DNA from: Candidatus Parvarchaeota archaeon
Lineage (GTDB): Archaea; Nanobdellota; Nanobdellia; B33-G15
Assembly (NCBI GenBank): GCA_017608385.1
Contig: JAFCFZ010000001.1
Span: 8,734 to 72,733, forward strand
Reading direction: 5' to 3'
Length of the DNA: 64,000 nucleotides
In this document: positions 7,790 to 16,811 of the stretch, in pieces
Position numbering within the stretch: the first letter of the stretch is position 1
Layout of the letters: each line of letters starts with the position of its first letter
Notes under the pieces: model-generated
What the model was told of the DNA's origin: nothing
What the model saw: only the letters and a program-made list of their open reading frames with translations
Databases searched by the model: none
Program-made: the position numbers and the translations under genes

Positions 7790-8683
7790 TCACATTCTTC
7801 TCAAAATATCGATTCTCTTTTCAGCTGGAGGATGTGTGGCAAATAAACTATCTAAAGCTGACTTTTTTGGATCAAAAAAGAAGATATGAGATACTGCTTC
7901 ACTTACTTTGAGACGATTTTTATTATGTTTAGATATTTTTTCAAGTGCATCTGCCAATGAATCGGGATTTCTGGTTAATTGAGCAGAACCCGCATCTGCC
8001 AAATACTCTCTCTTTCTTGAGATTGCTAGTTGGACTATTCTTGTGATTATGGGAGATAATATGGCAAGAATAATTGCTACTATCAAAAGAACCACTTCAA
8101 CTCCACTCTTATCCCTACTTCTATTTCCTCCAAACCACCACATCCTGATCATCATATTGCTGATTATAGCAACTAAACCTACCAATACTGCAACCAACAT
8201 TGAAAATCTAATATCATAATTTCTTATGTGAGCTATCTCATGAGCCATTACTCCTTCTATCTCATCTCTATCTAATTTTTTGAGTGCTCCTGTTGTTATA
8301 GCTACCACTGATTTACTTGGATCTGTTCCAGAAGCAAATGCATTGATGTCTTCAGAAGGGATCACATAGACTTTGGGTTTAGGAATCCCTGCTGCAATAC
8401 TTAATCCATCCACCACATTATGTAAGTGTAAATATTTCCTCTCATCAGCTAATTTAGCTCCCGTAGCTGACAAAACTACTTTGTATCCCTGTTTGTATCC
8501 AGCATAAATGTAAATTAAAACAAGGATCACTCCCATACTGATTATTATATAAGAATATTCATTGAAAAAAAAACTAATAATAATAATTAAAGAAAAAAGG
8601 ATTACTCCCACAAAAAAAGCAAGTGCTACGGATTTTCGCTTATTCGAATTAATTTGGTCAAAAACATCTATTCTTTGCTTCAT
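7790..8683 (-). CDS. htpX: HtpX-like M48 zinc metalloprotease
   Basis: It has the HEIAHIRNYD (HExxH) motif and four TM segments, and pairs with the neighbouring LemA gene. Confidence 0.75.
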   Translation of the reverse strand: MKQRIDVFDQINSNKRKSVALAFFVGVILFSLIIIISFFFNEYSYIIISMGVILVLIYIYAGYKQGYKVVLSATGAKLADERKYLHLHNVVDGLSIAAGIPKPKVYVIPSEDINAFASGTDPSKSVVAITTGALKKLDRDEIEGVMAHEIAHIRNYDIRFSMLVAVLVGLVAIISNMMIRMWWFGGNRSRDKSGVEVVLLIVAIILAILSPIITRIVQLAISRKREYLADAGSAQLTRNPDSLADALEKISKHNKNRLKVSEAVSHIFFFDPKKSALDSLFATHPPAEKRIDILRRM

Positions 8684-9246
8684 TATTCAAACTTCACATT
8701 TACCGGTGCTCTTTCGCTTGCGGCTATTTTTATAAATTCCTTGGCCCTTCTTCCCATAATGGCTGAAAACCATCTTCCTGGAATTGTTGTCACAGAATTG
8801 TTGTAAGTCAATATTGAATCATTGTAGTATTGTCTTGAGTAAGCTATTTTGTTCTCTATTCCTTCTAATTGTTCTTGTAACAATTTGAAGTTCTCGCTTG
8901 CCTGAAGTTTTGGGTAATTTTCAGCTATAGCAAAAACAGATCTTAAAGCAGATGTTAGTTGGTTACTTGCGTCAACCCTACCCTGTAAATTTCCTGCCTT
9001 TAACATATTTTCTCTTGCTTTAGTGACATTACTGAATATCTTTTTCTCGTGTTTTGCGTATCCTTTCACTGTTTCAACCAGATTTGGTACTAAATCTGTT
9101 CTTTTCTTGAGTTGTACATCAATTTGAGACAAAGCGTTGTCGATTCTATTACCCATTATAACGATTTTGTTATAATAGTAAAGTAATCCCAGGACAAATA
9201 GGAATATTGCTCCTACAATAACTCCAAAGATTATCCATTCAATCAT
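8683..9246 (-). CDS. LemA family protein
   Basis: An N-terminal TM helix is followed by the LemA core (NALSQIDVQLKKRTDLVPNLVETVKGYAKHEK...YYNDSILTYNN). The LemA-HtpX pair is conserved. Confidence 0.7.
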   Translation of the reverse strand: MIEWIIFGVIVGAIFLFVLGLLYYYNKIVIMGNRIDNALSQIDVQLKKRTDLVPNLVETVKGYAKHEKKIFSNVTKARENMLKAGNLQGRVDASNQLTSALRSVFAIAENYPKLQASENFKLLQEQLEGIENKIAYSRQYYNDSILTYNNSVTTIPGRWFSAIMGRRAKEFIKIAASERAPVNVKFE

Positions 9247-9325
9247 AATTTAATATCCATGAAACTCAAATATAAACTTTCACATGAATCGTTAATGATA
9301 TAATAGCTGTTTTAACTTCAAAATT

Positions 9326-10150
9326 ATGGATAGAGGAGTACTAATGGAAATTAGAAGAGAGTATAGACAATATCGTGTAGAAAGAAAAGCATGGGAAGAA
9401 AGAACAGAGAAAAAAAGAGACGAACAACCTTCTCTAAATCAAATAGCAGAGAAATTAGATATAGAGGGCGTTACTGCTTCAAGAAAAGCAAAACAATACA
9501 ACTTATTTGAAGATTATTTAAAGAAATTATTAGAAATGAGGGGGGAAGAAATAATACAAGAAGGTTATCTTTTTTATCAGGCATTATCTAATGATTTTGT
9601 TAGGTTAATACATAAAAAAGTTAATGGTTCAAAAGATAAAAATTCATTTAATTTCCTTGTTTCTGAAGGTTTAGAACATCTATTAAGATCTTGGAAGAAA
9701 AAGAAGAGATTGGTGAGTGGAAAAAAACCCAAATTTTTGAAAAAGGATGGTTTAGTAGGTGTCCTTGTTGAAGATTTTATTGAGGAAGGACCTGTAGACA
9801 TAAAAGAGATGATGGATAGAAAGGATAAGGAAGACCAATTCACAGGACTTTATGACTTAGTTCTTTTGGACAAGAGTTTTTGGCAAACACCATTAGTGTT
9901 TTCTTTAACACGGCTTATTCCCCATTCTACCTTTACAAAAACAATTACACCTAAGTGTATAAGAAATGAACATCTTCAAAAATATGAAGTAAGTTTACCT
10001 TTTGGTTTTGAATACTTGATTGAATTAGGATTAGTAGAATTAACAAGTAGAACAATGAACAAAAGTAAATACGCTCTTACAGACGATGGTAAAAGATTTG
10101 CAAAAGCAATTAAACAAACTAAAAAATATCTTGGAATTTCTAGTCCTTAA
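9326..10150 (+). CDS. Hypothetical protein with HTH-like segments at both ends
   Basis: This 274-aa protein has a charged N-terminus, an HTH-like stretch (SLNQIAEKLDIEGVTASRKA) and a winged-helix-like stretch near the C-terminus (KYALTDDGKRFAKAI). I did not recognise a family. Confidence 0.35.
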   Translation: MDRGVLMEIRREYRQYRVERKAWEERTEKKRDEQPSLNQIAEKLDIEGVTASRKAKQYNLFEDYLKKLLEMRGEEIIQEGYLFYQALSNDFVRLIHKKVNGSKDKNSFNFLVSEGLEHLLRSWKKKKRLVSGKKPKFLKKDGLVGVLVEDFIEEGPVDIKEMMDRKDKEDQFTGLYDLVLLDKSFWQTPLVFSLTRLIPHSTFTKTITPKCIRNEHLQKYEVSLPFGFEYLIELGLVELTSRTMNKSKYALTDDGKRFAKAIKQTKKYLGISSP

Positions 10151-10453
10151 TGGAAACATTTAAAAGGTGTTTTCTGCTTGTTGAAAAGCAATGTTAAGAA
10201 CAATGTTTGTGCAAGAAGGAAACACCATTAGAAATATGGTAAGAGAAGGAGAAATTGTATTTGCCCCTTCATTAGGTGGTAGAATTACAAGAGAAAAAGA
10301 CAAACTCTTTCTAATTACTAGCACAAAGAAGATTGAAATTCCACGAGATTTGATCCATAAAATCAAAATCAGAAAGGAAAATAACAGAAAAATAGCTTAT
10401 TCTGAATAGATTACTTTGATAGTAACATTTAAAAACTAAAGAAAGGTCCTTTT

Positions 10454-10545
10454 AGTGAACAGGATGTATGAAGATCACGGTCTTCATGTGACAAACTAGA
10501 TTCGCAAGGATTCTGTGAGTTGGAGGAAACTCCGTCTTGTTCACT
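10454..10545 (+). ncRNA. Candidate structured RNA element (GC-enriched multi-stem) immediately upstream of SRP54
   Basis: The region is about 45% GC while its flanks are about 25%. An 11-bp outer stem pairs AGTGAACAGGA (10454-10464) with TCTTGTTCACT (10535-10545). Inside it there is a 7-bp hairpin ATGAAGA-TCACGG-TCTTCAT (10468-10487) and a GGAG-GAAA-CTCC GNRA hairpin (10522-10533). The strand is not established. Confidence 0.35.
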
Positions 10546-10628
10546 TATATTTCTATAAATAGCCAATAAAATTTCTTTTTTGGATTATCCTGAATAGATT
10601 TAAAAACCTGCTTTCTATTGAAATTTTC

Positions 10629-11921
10629 ATGTTTGATGGCGTTAAAGGGATATTTAAGAAAATATTCAGAGCAGGATATGTAGATGAAAAACTCTTAGAG
10701 GAGATTATAAGAGACTTACAAAGAGAATTGATTTCTTCGGATGTAGATGTTAAATTAGTTTCACAAATATCAAAAAATATCAGGGAAAATATACTTAAAA
10801 AAAGAAAAGAATTCAGCAAAAAAGAACAGATTGTCAAGGCTATTTACGATGAATTGGTTAATTTATTAGGAGAAGGTGGAAAAATAGACATTTCTAAGAA
10901 ACCATATAAGATTTTATTAGTTGGTTTATTTGGTTCTGGTAAAACAACCACTTCAGCAAAATTAGCAGCACTTTACAAGAAAAAAGGATACAAAGTACTC
11001 TTATTAGGTGTAGACACATTTAGACCCGCTGCTCAAGAACAATTAAAGCAATTGGGAGAAAAAATAAGTGTTCCTGTTTATGCTGAGAAAAAAATGAAGG
11101 ATACTTTCAAATTATTTGAAAAGGACACTAAAAAATATGATGTTATAATTACAGATTCAGCAGGAAGGGACGCTTTAGATAAATCATTGATAAAGGAAAT
11201 AAAGGAGATAAATAAGAAATTCAAGCCAGATAATACTCAATTAGTTTTAAGTGGAGATATCGGACAAAATGCGAGGAAACAAGCAGAAGAATTCCACAAA
11301 AACCTTGCAATTAAGGGAGTTATTGTAACAAAGTTAGATGGTACTGCTAAAGGAGGAGGAGCTTTAGTTGCTTGTTCTATTTCCGGAGTCAAAGTTAGTT
11401 ATGTAGGTGTGGGGGAAAAAATAACAGATCTAGAAGAATTTCATCCAACAAGATTTATCTCAAGAATAACAGGTATGGGAGATTTAGAAACCTTATTGGA
11501 AAAAGCCGGGGAAATAATTGATGAGGAAAAAGCAGAAAAAGATGCTAAAAAATTCATGTCTGGTGATATTAACTTGCTTGATTTGTATGAGCAATTAGGA
11601 AATTTAGAACAAATGGGTTCTTTAGATAAAGTAATGAATATGATTCCTGGACTATCTATGGCTAAACTTCCAAAAAAAATGGATGTCGAAGAGGAAAAAA
11701 TGAAGAAATTCAGAAATGTTATGGATTCCATGACCAAAGAAGAACTAGAGAATCCAAAATTACTTAATGCTTCAAGAGTCAAACGAATAGCAAAAGGCGC
11801 TGGAGCAACTGAATCAAATGTCAGAGCTTTAATAAAGCAATATAATACAATGAAAAAAGCAGTTAAAGGCTTAGGAAACAAAAAATTAATGAAAATGATG
11901 AAAAGGTTTGGGTTAGGATGA
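10629..11921 (+). CDS. srp54: Signal recognition particle protein SRP54
   Basis: The N domain and G domain carry GLFGSGKTTTSAKLA, DTFRPAA, DSAGR, TKLDGTAKGGGA, followed by a Met-rich M domain (MNMIPGLSMAKLPKKM...LMKMMKRFG). Confidence 0.9.
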   Translation: MFDGVKGIFKKIFRAGYVDEKLLEEIIRDLQRELISSDVDVKLVSQISKNIRENILKKRKEFSKKEQIVKAIYDELVNLLGEGGKIDISKKPYKILLVGLFGSGKTTTSAKLAALYKKKGYKVLLLGVDTFRPAAQEQLKQLGEKISVPVYAEKKMKDTFKLFEKDTKKYDVIITDSAGRDALDKSLIKEIKEINKKFKPDNTQLVLSGDIGQNARKQAEEFHKNLAIKGVIVTKLDGTAKGGGALVACSISGVKVSYVGVGEKITDLEEFHPTRFISRITGMGDLETLLEKAGEIIDEEKAEKDAKKFMSGDINLLDLYEQLGNLEQMGSLDKVMNMIPGLSMAKLPKKMDVEEEKMKKFRNVMDSMTKEELENPKLLNASRVKRIAKGAGATESNVRALIKQYNTMKKAVKGLGNKKLMKMMKRFGLG

Positions 11922-12076
11922 AGTGCTCAATTTGTAAAAAGAATGTAGATGAAACATTTTTAAACAAAATAAAAGGAACTTATGTAAAGGTAAAAGGTAA
12001 AAAAAAGCCTGTTTGCCAAAAATGTCAATTAAAAAATAAGGATGTTGGAGAGAAATTAAGACAAGTTTTTAAATAA
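11918..12076 (+). CDS. Small zinc-ribbon protein (52 aa), hypothetical
   Basis: Its ATG overlaps the srp54 stop (ATGA). MKCSICKKNV...PVCQKCQLKN gives two CxxC pairs. It was not in the ORF track because it is under 60 aa. Confidence 0.4.
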   Translation: MKCSICKKNVDETFLNKIKGTYVKVKGKKKPVCQKCQLKNKDVGEKLRQVFK

Positions 12077-12095
12077 AACTATAGTAGTGATTAAA

Positions 12096-12386
12096 ATGGT
12101 AACAAGATCTCATGGACCAAGAAGGGATACAAGAAAGAAATTGAGAAAAACCGCAAGGACTAAAGGTAAAATTAGCACTAAAAAGCTCATTCAAACATTG
12201 AAACAAGGTGAGAAAGTGGTAATAAAACCCGAGCCAGCTATTCAAAAGTCTCTACCTTTCAAAAGATTTATTGGTAAGGTCGGTGTGGTTTTAGGTTCAA
12301 GAGGAAAATCATATTTAGTAAAAATAAAGGATGGAAACAAAGAAAAAACAGTTATTTGTAAACCCATTCATTTAACCAAGGTGTAA
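12096..12386 (+). CDS. rpl21e: Ribosomal protein L21e
   Basis: MVTRSHGPRRDTRKKL...KKLIQTLKQGEKVVIKPEPA...GKVGVVLGSRGKSYLVKIKDG is the L21e pattern. Confidence 0.8.
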   Translation: MVTRSHGPRRDTRKKLRKTARTKGKISTKKLIQTLKQGEKVVIKPEPAIQKSLPFKRFIGKVGVVLGSRGKSYLVKIKDGNKEKTVICKPIHLTKV

Positions 12387-12388
12387 AA

Positions 12389-12733
12389 ATGTACGATTAT
12401 GAAGTTTTAGAAGAGAAACCGGTTTCAATAGCTGAAGCTAAAGAAATAATGAAAAAAAATAGTTCAAAAGAGATGACATTTGAACAAAAACAATCATATG
12501 AGCATGTAAAGAAAATGTCAAAATTAAAAGAAAAAGATGCTCTCAAATTAAAAGAAGAATTGGGGGCCTTGAGTATAAGAAAACTCAAAGAAATAAACAC
12601 AATCAGAATAATTGATTTACTTCCAACAACTCCAGAAGAATTAAGATTTATTCTCGCTGACACAAAAACAATATTTGATAAAGAGGAAGCGGATAAGATA
12701 TTAGAAGTAGTGAAAAAGTATGCAAAGAGGTAA
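12389..12733 (+). CDS. rpoF: DNA-directed RNA polymerase subunit F (Rpo4)
   Basis: The sequence (VSIAEAKEIMKK...EQKQSYEHVKKMSKL...ALKLKEELGAL...IIDLLPTTPEELRFIL...ILEVVKKY) matches RpoF, and it sits in the conserved L21e-RpoF-DUF655 order. Confidence 0.7.
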   Translation: MYDYEVLEEKPVSIAEAKEIMKKNSSKEMTFEQKQSYEHVKKMSKLKEKDALKLKEELGALSIRKLKEINTIRIIDLLPTTPEELRFILADTKTIFDKEEADKILEVVKKYAKR

Positions 12734-12738
12734 AGAAA

Positions 12739-13284
12739 ATGATTCAAAGAAAAAAGGAAGAAAAAGCGATAGTACTAGACTTCCTGCCTCATGGATATCC
12801 ATTTTCTAATCAAAGAACCCCAATTATTCAAATTCTTGGAGAAAATTATATGACTCTTTTGGAAGCAGTTCCAAAAACAGGGGTATTTCTAAAACCAAGA
12901 GATGAGGTTTACATAGGTCCTGAAAAAAGAGATCAAGTCCATCATGTTGTTGGAAAGATAGAATATGAAAAAATGACTCAAACAGCAATAATGATTTTAG
13001 AAGAAATTGTAAAAGAAGTTGTAAAAGAAAAGGAAGAGTATTATGTTAATTTCTTCAATAAAGCATGTTCATTAACTACAAGACTTCATCAATTAGAATT
13101 AATACCTGGAATAGGTAAAAAACATATGTGGAAAATACTTGAGGAAAGAGAAGAAAAACAATTTGAAAGTTTTGAAGGTATCAAAAAAAGGATTGATTTT
13201 CTTCCAGATCCAGAAAAGAGCATAATAAAGAGGATAATGGCTGAATTTGAGGGGGCAGACAAATACAAGATTTTTGTTGGTTAA
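12739..13284 (+). CDS. DUF655-family protein with a C-terminal HhH-like region (conserved archaeal RNA/DNA-binding protein)
   Basis: The sequence VLDFLPHGYP...IIQILGENYMTLLEAVPKTG...ELIPGIGKKHMWKILEER follows rpoF as in most archaea. Confidence 0.6.
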   Translation: MIQRKKEEKAIVLDFLPHGYPFSNQRTPIIQILGENYMTLLEAVPKTGVFLKPRDEVYIGPEKRDQVHHVVGKIEYEKMTQTAIMILEEIVKEVVKEKEEYYVNFFNKACSLTTRLHQLELIPGIGKKHMWKILEEREEKQFESFEGIKKRIDFLPDPEKSIIKRIMAEFEGADKYKIFVG

Positions 13285-13285
13285 C

Positions 13286-14017
13286 ATGTTAGAAAGATTC
13301 ACATTCAAAACGGAATACAAAAATACAAACCAATACAAAAATGCAGCAATCTTATCTATTATTATTTCAATTATTCTTATTCTTATGGCAGCAATTTTAT
13401 TTGATTTTTATTCATTGGCTTATACATTAGGAATTGGGGCAATGATTTACCAATTCTATGCTTTTTTCATAATATTTGAAATGTCTAAAAAGAAAATGAA
13501 AATAGGTAGTCATATTGTCACATTCTTGATGTTTTTTTTATTAATTACTGCAGTCATAATGGTCATAAAATTTGACAGAGCCAAGATAAGAGAGAACCCA
13601 ATGGGTCTTGCTTTAGGATTTTTAACAATAATTACTCCTGTGTTTTTTTGGGAAGAATTCTTTAAAAAAGCTGAGAAAATATTCAAGCCATTATTGATCC
13701 TTTTACTGTTGGTTCCTCTAATGATTCCAGGATATGCCCAAAACGAGACAAATGGAACATTACAGCAAGTAAGCAACGTCTTAGACTATGCGAAAATAGC
13801 TGTGGACTATGTCTCAGGAATTTTTGGTTTTTTTGGAGGGATACAAACAACAATACAAAACATGTTCGGTCTTGATCCAGGACAAGCCCAAATAATCAAC
13901 ATAGGGATTATCTTGGTGGTGCTCTATTTATTTTTGAGAACAATGAAATGGATTGTTAAGTGGATTATTCTAATATTGTTCGTATGGATTGCTCTTCAAG
14001 TAATAGGAATAATTTAA
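13286..14017 (+). CDS. Polytopic membrane protein, hypothetical
   Basis: It starts at the ATG just after the DUF655 stop and has about 7 hydrophobic helices. No family was recognised. Confidence 0.4.
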   Translation: MLERFTFKTEYKNTNQYKNAAILSIIISIILILMAAILFDFYSLAYTLGIGAMIYQFYAFFIIFEMSKKKMKIGSHIVTFLMFFLLITAVIMVIKFDRAKIRENPMGLALGFLTIITPVFFWEEFFKKAEKIFKPLLILLLLVPLMIPGYAQNETNGTLQQVSNVLDYAKIAVDYVSGIFGFFGGIQTTIQNMFGLDPGQAQIINIGIILVVLYLFLRTMKWIVKWIILILFVWIALQVIGII

Positions 14018-14469
14018 TAAGAGTTAGAAAATTGGATTGTGATTTTATCTGACTTATACAATTCTATATTTATTTTAGTACCGGAGATGTAATATCCAGA
14101 CAATTCAACACTCAAGGGAAGAGAAGCATCCAAACACTTTCTAATCCCAACCGATTCAAGATTCACACAAAACTTTCTCCCAATAATTGAAAGATAATAA
14201 ATAGACTCAATTAGTTTATCTGGAAAATCGATTTTATATGTTAAATTAACTGAATTTGTATCTTTTGTTAAGGAATATATTTTCAAAAAGGAAGAATCAA
14301 CATAATTCAAAAAATTGTCCATGCCTTCTTCATAAACATAATCTTCTACATTTGGTAAGAATAAACTAGATAAAAATACTGCAAGGCCAATAACTAATGT
14401 AACACCAATAGTAAAGGTGATAATTTCACTAATAACCACTGCTTGGGCTTTCATATTACTTAGCCACAC
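14014..14469 (-). CDS. Possible pilin-like or secreted protein with a class III-like signal
   Basis: The N-terminus MWLSNMKAQAVVISEIITFTIGVTLVIGLAVFL has K-A-Q followed by a hydrophobic helix with an E. Confidence 0.35.
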   Translation of the reverse strand: MWLSNMKAQAVVISEIITFTIGVTLVIGLAVFLSSLFLPNVEDYVYEEGMDNFLNYVDSSFLKIYSLTKDTNSVNLTYKIDFPDKLIESIYYLSIIGRKFCVNLESVGIRKCLDASLPLSVELSGYYISGTKINIELYKSDKITIQFSNSY

Positions 14470-15295
14470 TAAAAAGATCGAGTATTGTTTCTATTTTGTC
14501 CTTCTTTTTGTTGAGTCTTTCAAGAACTTGTCTATATGTTTCTTCAGTTATCTCTCCTTTAGATAATCTGGAATCTAAACTAGATATTTCCTCATCCACT
14601 GACTTTAATGAAACAGATATCTTTTCTTCAACTGAAACTCCTTTTTTAGGGATCAATAATGCTTTTTTCTCTGTTTTTTCCTTGTGTTTAACATATTTTG
14701 AAGCCAATTCATTATATGTTTCATTCACATCTTCTTCTAAAATTCTAAAACTATCTCTTGTTTTTTCCCTAGCATCTCCTGCGAGTATTAATTTCAAATC
14801 GCTTTTTTCAGACTCAACATCATAAATTCCAGATATCTTTAGCCAGACTTCCATAATTAATGTTCTTTTGATAAAATAAATCAATGATGCTAAAACCATT
14901 GTAATTATTGAGAATAAAAGGAGTTGTATTGTTGTATTTCCTCCAGGTAATAGGTATAAATAAAAAATTAATGAGAAGATACCAACAACTGCAAGAAGTT
15001 TCCATAAAAGACCATATTTAGGTCCCTTTCTTATCTTTTTGATTCCTTTTATTATAGACTTAACAGGTTTGAGTCTCCCTGACCTGAATATGTCTTCCAT
15101 TTCTAGATCTTCAAACTTAGTGAATTTATTGAGAATTGGAAAATAACCTAACTCTTGCATAATTTCAGAAGAAAAAACCCTAACTTCTTCAGGGTCTCCT
15201 GACCTTATACTAAGGTCTTGATAAAGATATTTGTTCTTTAATTTATTAGTTTGAAACTCATCTTCTATTTTTTCAACTCTTGGTTTGAAAAACAT
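14456..15295 (-). CDS. Membrane protein with a C-terminal SHOCT-like domain
   Basis: Two central TM helices are followed by a charged coiled-coil tail and the C-terminal SRLSKGEITEETYRQVLERL, which matches the SHOCT motif. Confidence 0.45.
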   Translation of the reverse strand: MFFKPRVEKIEDEFQTNKLKNKYLYQDLSIRSGDPEEVRVFSSEIMQELGYFPILNKFTKFEDLEMEDIFRSGRLKPVKSIIKGIKKIRKGPKYGLLWKLLAVVGIFSLIFYLYLLPGGNTTIQLLLFSIITMVLASLIYFIKRTLIMEVWLKISGIYDVESEKSDLKLILAGDAREKTRDSFRILEEDVNETYNELASKYVKHKEKTEKKALLIPKKGVSVEEKISVSLKSVDEEISSLDSRLSKGEITEETYRQVLERLNKKKDKIETILDLFSVAK

Positions 15296-15601
15296 GATTA
15301 TATTCTATAATGTGTTCTTATAAAGTTTTCATTAGTCAAATTAAGTAATCTTAAATATTTGTATGAATAGTTTCAATTGTGAAAAGAGAATACCAATTTT
15401 TGATAAAGAGTATCAATAAAAAGAATTTTAGCAAATATGTTTTCATATCTGTAATATTCTTCATAATAATGATGTCCCTTTTTCTTATTCCAACTGATTG
15501 TGAGGCTTTAACAGGAAGTTATGTTAATTATGGTGACAAGAAATTAACTTTTAAAAAATGCAAAAATGTTTATGGTCTTGAAATAGGTTTGGCTGATTTT
15601 A

Positions 15602-16153
15602 ATGAATGAAAAATTCAAAAAAGAAGACAAGAGAAAATTGTTTCATTTGATTCTTGGGATAATTATAGGTGTCTTTGTAGGTTTGGATAGATTAATTGGA
15701 TTGGTTTTATTATTGGCTTTATTTTTTTGGGGAGTACCTCACTATATCTACTCTAAAAAAAGACAAACTCCTATCACTCTAAAACGAATAATGGAAATTG
15801 TTGAGAGAGAAGGGAAGAAGGGAGAAGGTGCTTTAACTTTTGTCCTTGGTTGTTTAATTGTTGTTTTAATATTTCCAAATGATTTTTCCATTCCTGGAAT
15901 TTTTGTACTTGCTTTTTCAGATGCTATAGCATCAATGGTTGGAATATTACATGGAAAAAGAGGGAAAAACAAGACAGTAGAGGGTAGTATTGCTTTTTTT
16001 CTTGCTTCAATAGTTGTTCTTAATTTCTTTTTTAGTTTTTACATGGCAGTTGTTGTTGGATTCTTGGTTGCTGTAATTGAATATTATGTAAAGAGAGATA
16101 ATTTGATAATTCCTTTTTCAACATCTTTATTGGTTTATATCCTTCCAATTTAA
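15602..16153 (+). CDS. CTP-transferase family membrane protein (CDP-archaeol synthase or dolichol kinase-like)
   Basis: This 183-aa protein has about 5 TM segments and the motif AFSDAIASMVGILHGKRGKNKTVEGSIAFFLAS, which resembles the CdsA/CarS/DolK cytidylyltransferase signature. Confidence 0.45.
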   Translation: MNEKFKKEDKRKLFHLILGIIIGVFVGLDRLIGLVLLLALFFWGVPHYIYSKKRQTPITLKRIMEIVEREGKKGEGALTFVLGCLIVVLIFPNDFSIPGIFVLAFSDAIASMVGILHGKRGKNKTVEGSIAFFLASIVVLNFFFSFYMAVVVGFLVAVIEYYVKRDNLIIPFSTSLLVYILPI

Positions 16154-16777
16154 AACAGGCTTAGAAAATCTTTCGTAATCATCTCTTATTCTAGGACATG
16201 CAAAATTTATCCAAAAATCAATAGTATCAAAATTAACAAGTTCTTCAGGAATCAATGTCTCAAAAAGAAAAACATATGATTTTTTTCCTTTTTTTTCCAA
16301 TATTTTTTTGGTTTTCAACGCATTTTCAAGGTTAAATTGGCCTTTCTTAGTGGATACTAATAATCCAATGTTCTTTGCTATTTCAAAATCAATTAGAAAT
16401 TTTGTTTTGATCGCTTCGTGTTTCATTATTTCTCTTTCGCTTATCTCCTCAATATTTTTTGAGTCAAGAAGATAAACAGGTTTTCCAGTATTTCTCTTTA
16501 TTTCAATTGCATGAAACTTTCCAGAACCAAGCAAAAGAAAAACATCTGCCTTATTATTCTTTACATTCTCTACATTACAACCTAAAACTTGTCCAGCCAT
16601 TATTGTTTTCTTATGCTTTTTCAAAAAGGAGAATAATTGTTCTGCTTGTTTTTTATTTTGAATTATGTAAACTATTGCAAGTTTTTCATATTCTGAAACT
16701 TTTTTCAATACCTTATCTAGAAATGGCTTACTAAGCCTTTCCTCAAAATAATACGGGACAAATTTTACTTCCATCAT
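16127..16777 (-). CDS. Dph2-like protein (compact, 216 aa), putative diphthamide synthesis
   Basis: GQVLGCNVENV, LLLGSGKFHAIEI and FACPRIRDD resemble the Cys-containing motifs and the GDGxFH motif of Dph2. It is only about two thirds the usual length. Confidence 0.35.
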   Translation of the reverse strand: MMEVKFVPYYFEERLSKPFLDKVLKKVSEYEKLAIVYIIQNKKQAEQLFSFLKKHKKTIMAGQVLGCNVENVKNNKADVFLLLGSGKFHAIEIKRNTGKPVYLLDSKNIEEISEREIMKHEAIKTKFLIDFEIAKNIGLLVSTKKGQFNLENALKTKKILEKKGKKSYVFLFETLIPEELVNFDTIDFWINFACPRIRDDYERFSKPVLNWKDINQ

Positions 16778-16811
16778 TAACCTTTTATTCTTATCTTTTT
16801 AATTTGTTCTT

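Noticed and set aside
7745-7790. tRNA-like fragment CGCCAGGAGCAGGATTTGAAC between ftsY and htpX
   Set aside because: On the minus strand it reads like a T-loop (GTTCAAATCC), but no complementary T-stem, D-arm or acceptor stem can be built. It is probably a chance match in the convergent terminator region.
10191-10409. 72-aa plus-strand ORF, and the overlapping 68-aa minus-strand ORF 10160..10366
   Set aside because: Both are short and mutually overlapping, with no recognisable motifs, in the region that may instead hold regulatory RNA. Not enough support to call a gene.
10151-10628. RNase P RNA or SRP RNA in the gap upstream of srp54
   Set aside because: GAAAGGTCC superficially resembles the P4 region, but the complementary P4 strand, CR-II/CR-IV motifs and SRP helix-8 motifs are absent. 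The GC-rich part is only about 100 nt. I kept it only as an unclassified structured element.
15379-15609. 76-aa ORF upstream of the CTP-transferase-like gene
   Set aside because: It has a hydrophobic stretch but no motif and lies in an AT-rich promoter-like region. It could be a small secreted peptide, but the evidence is insufficient.
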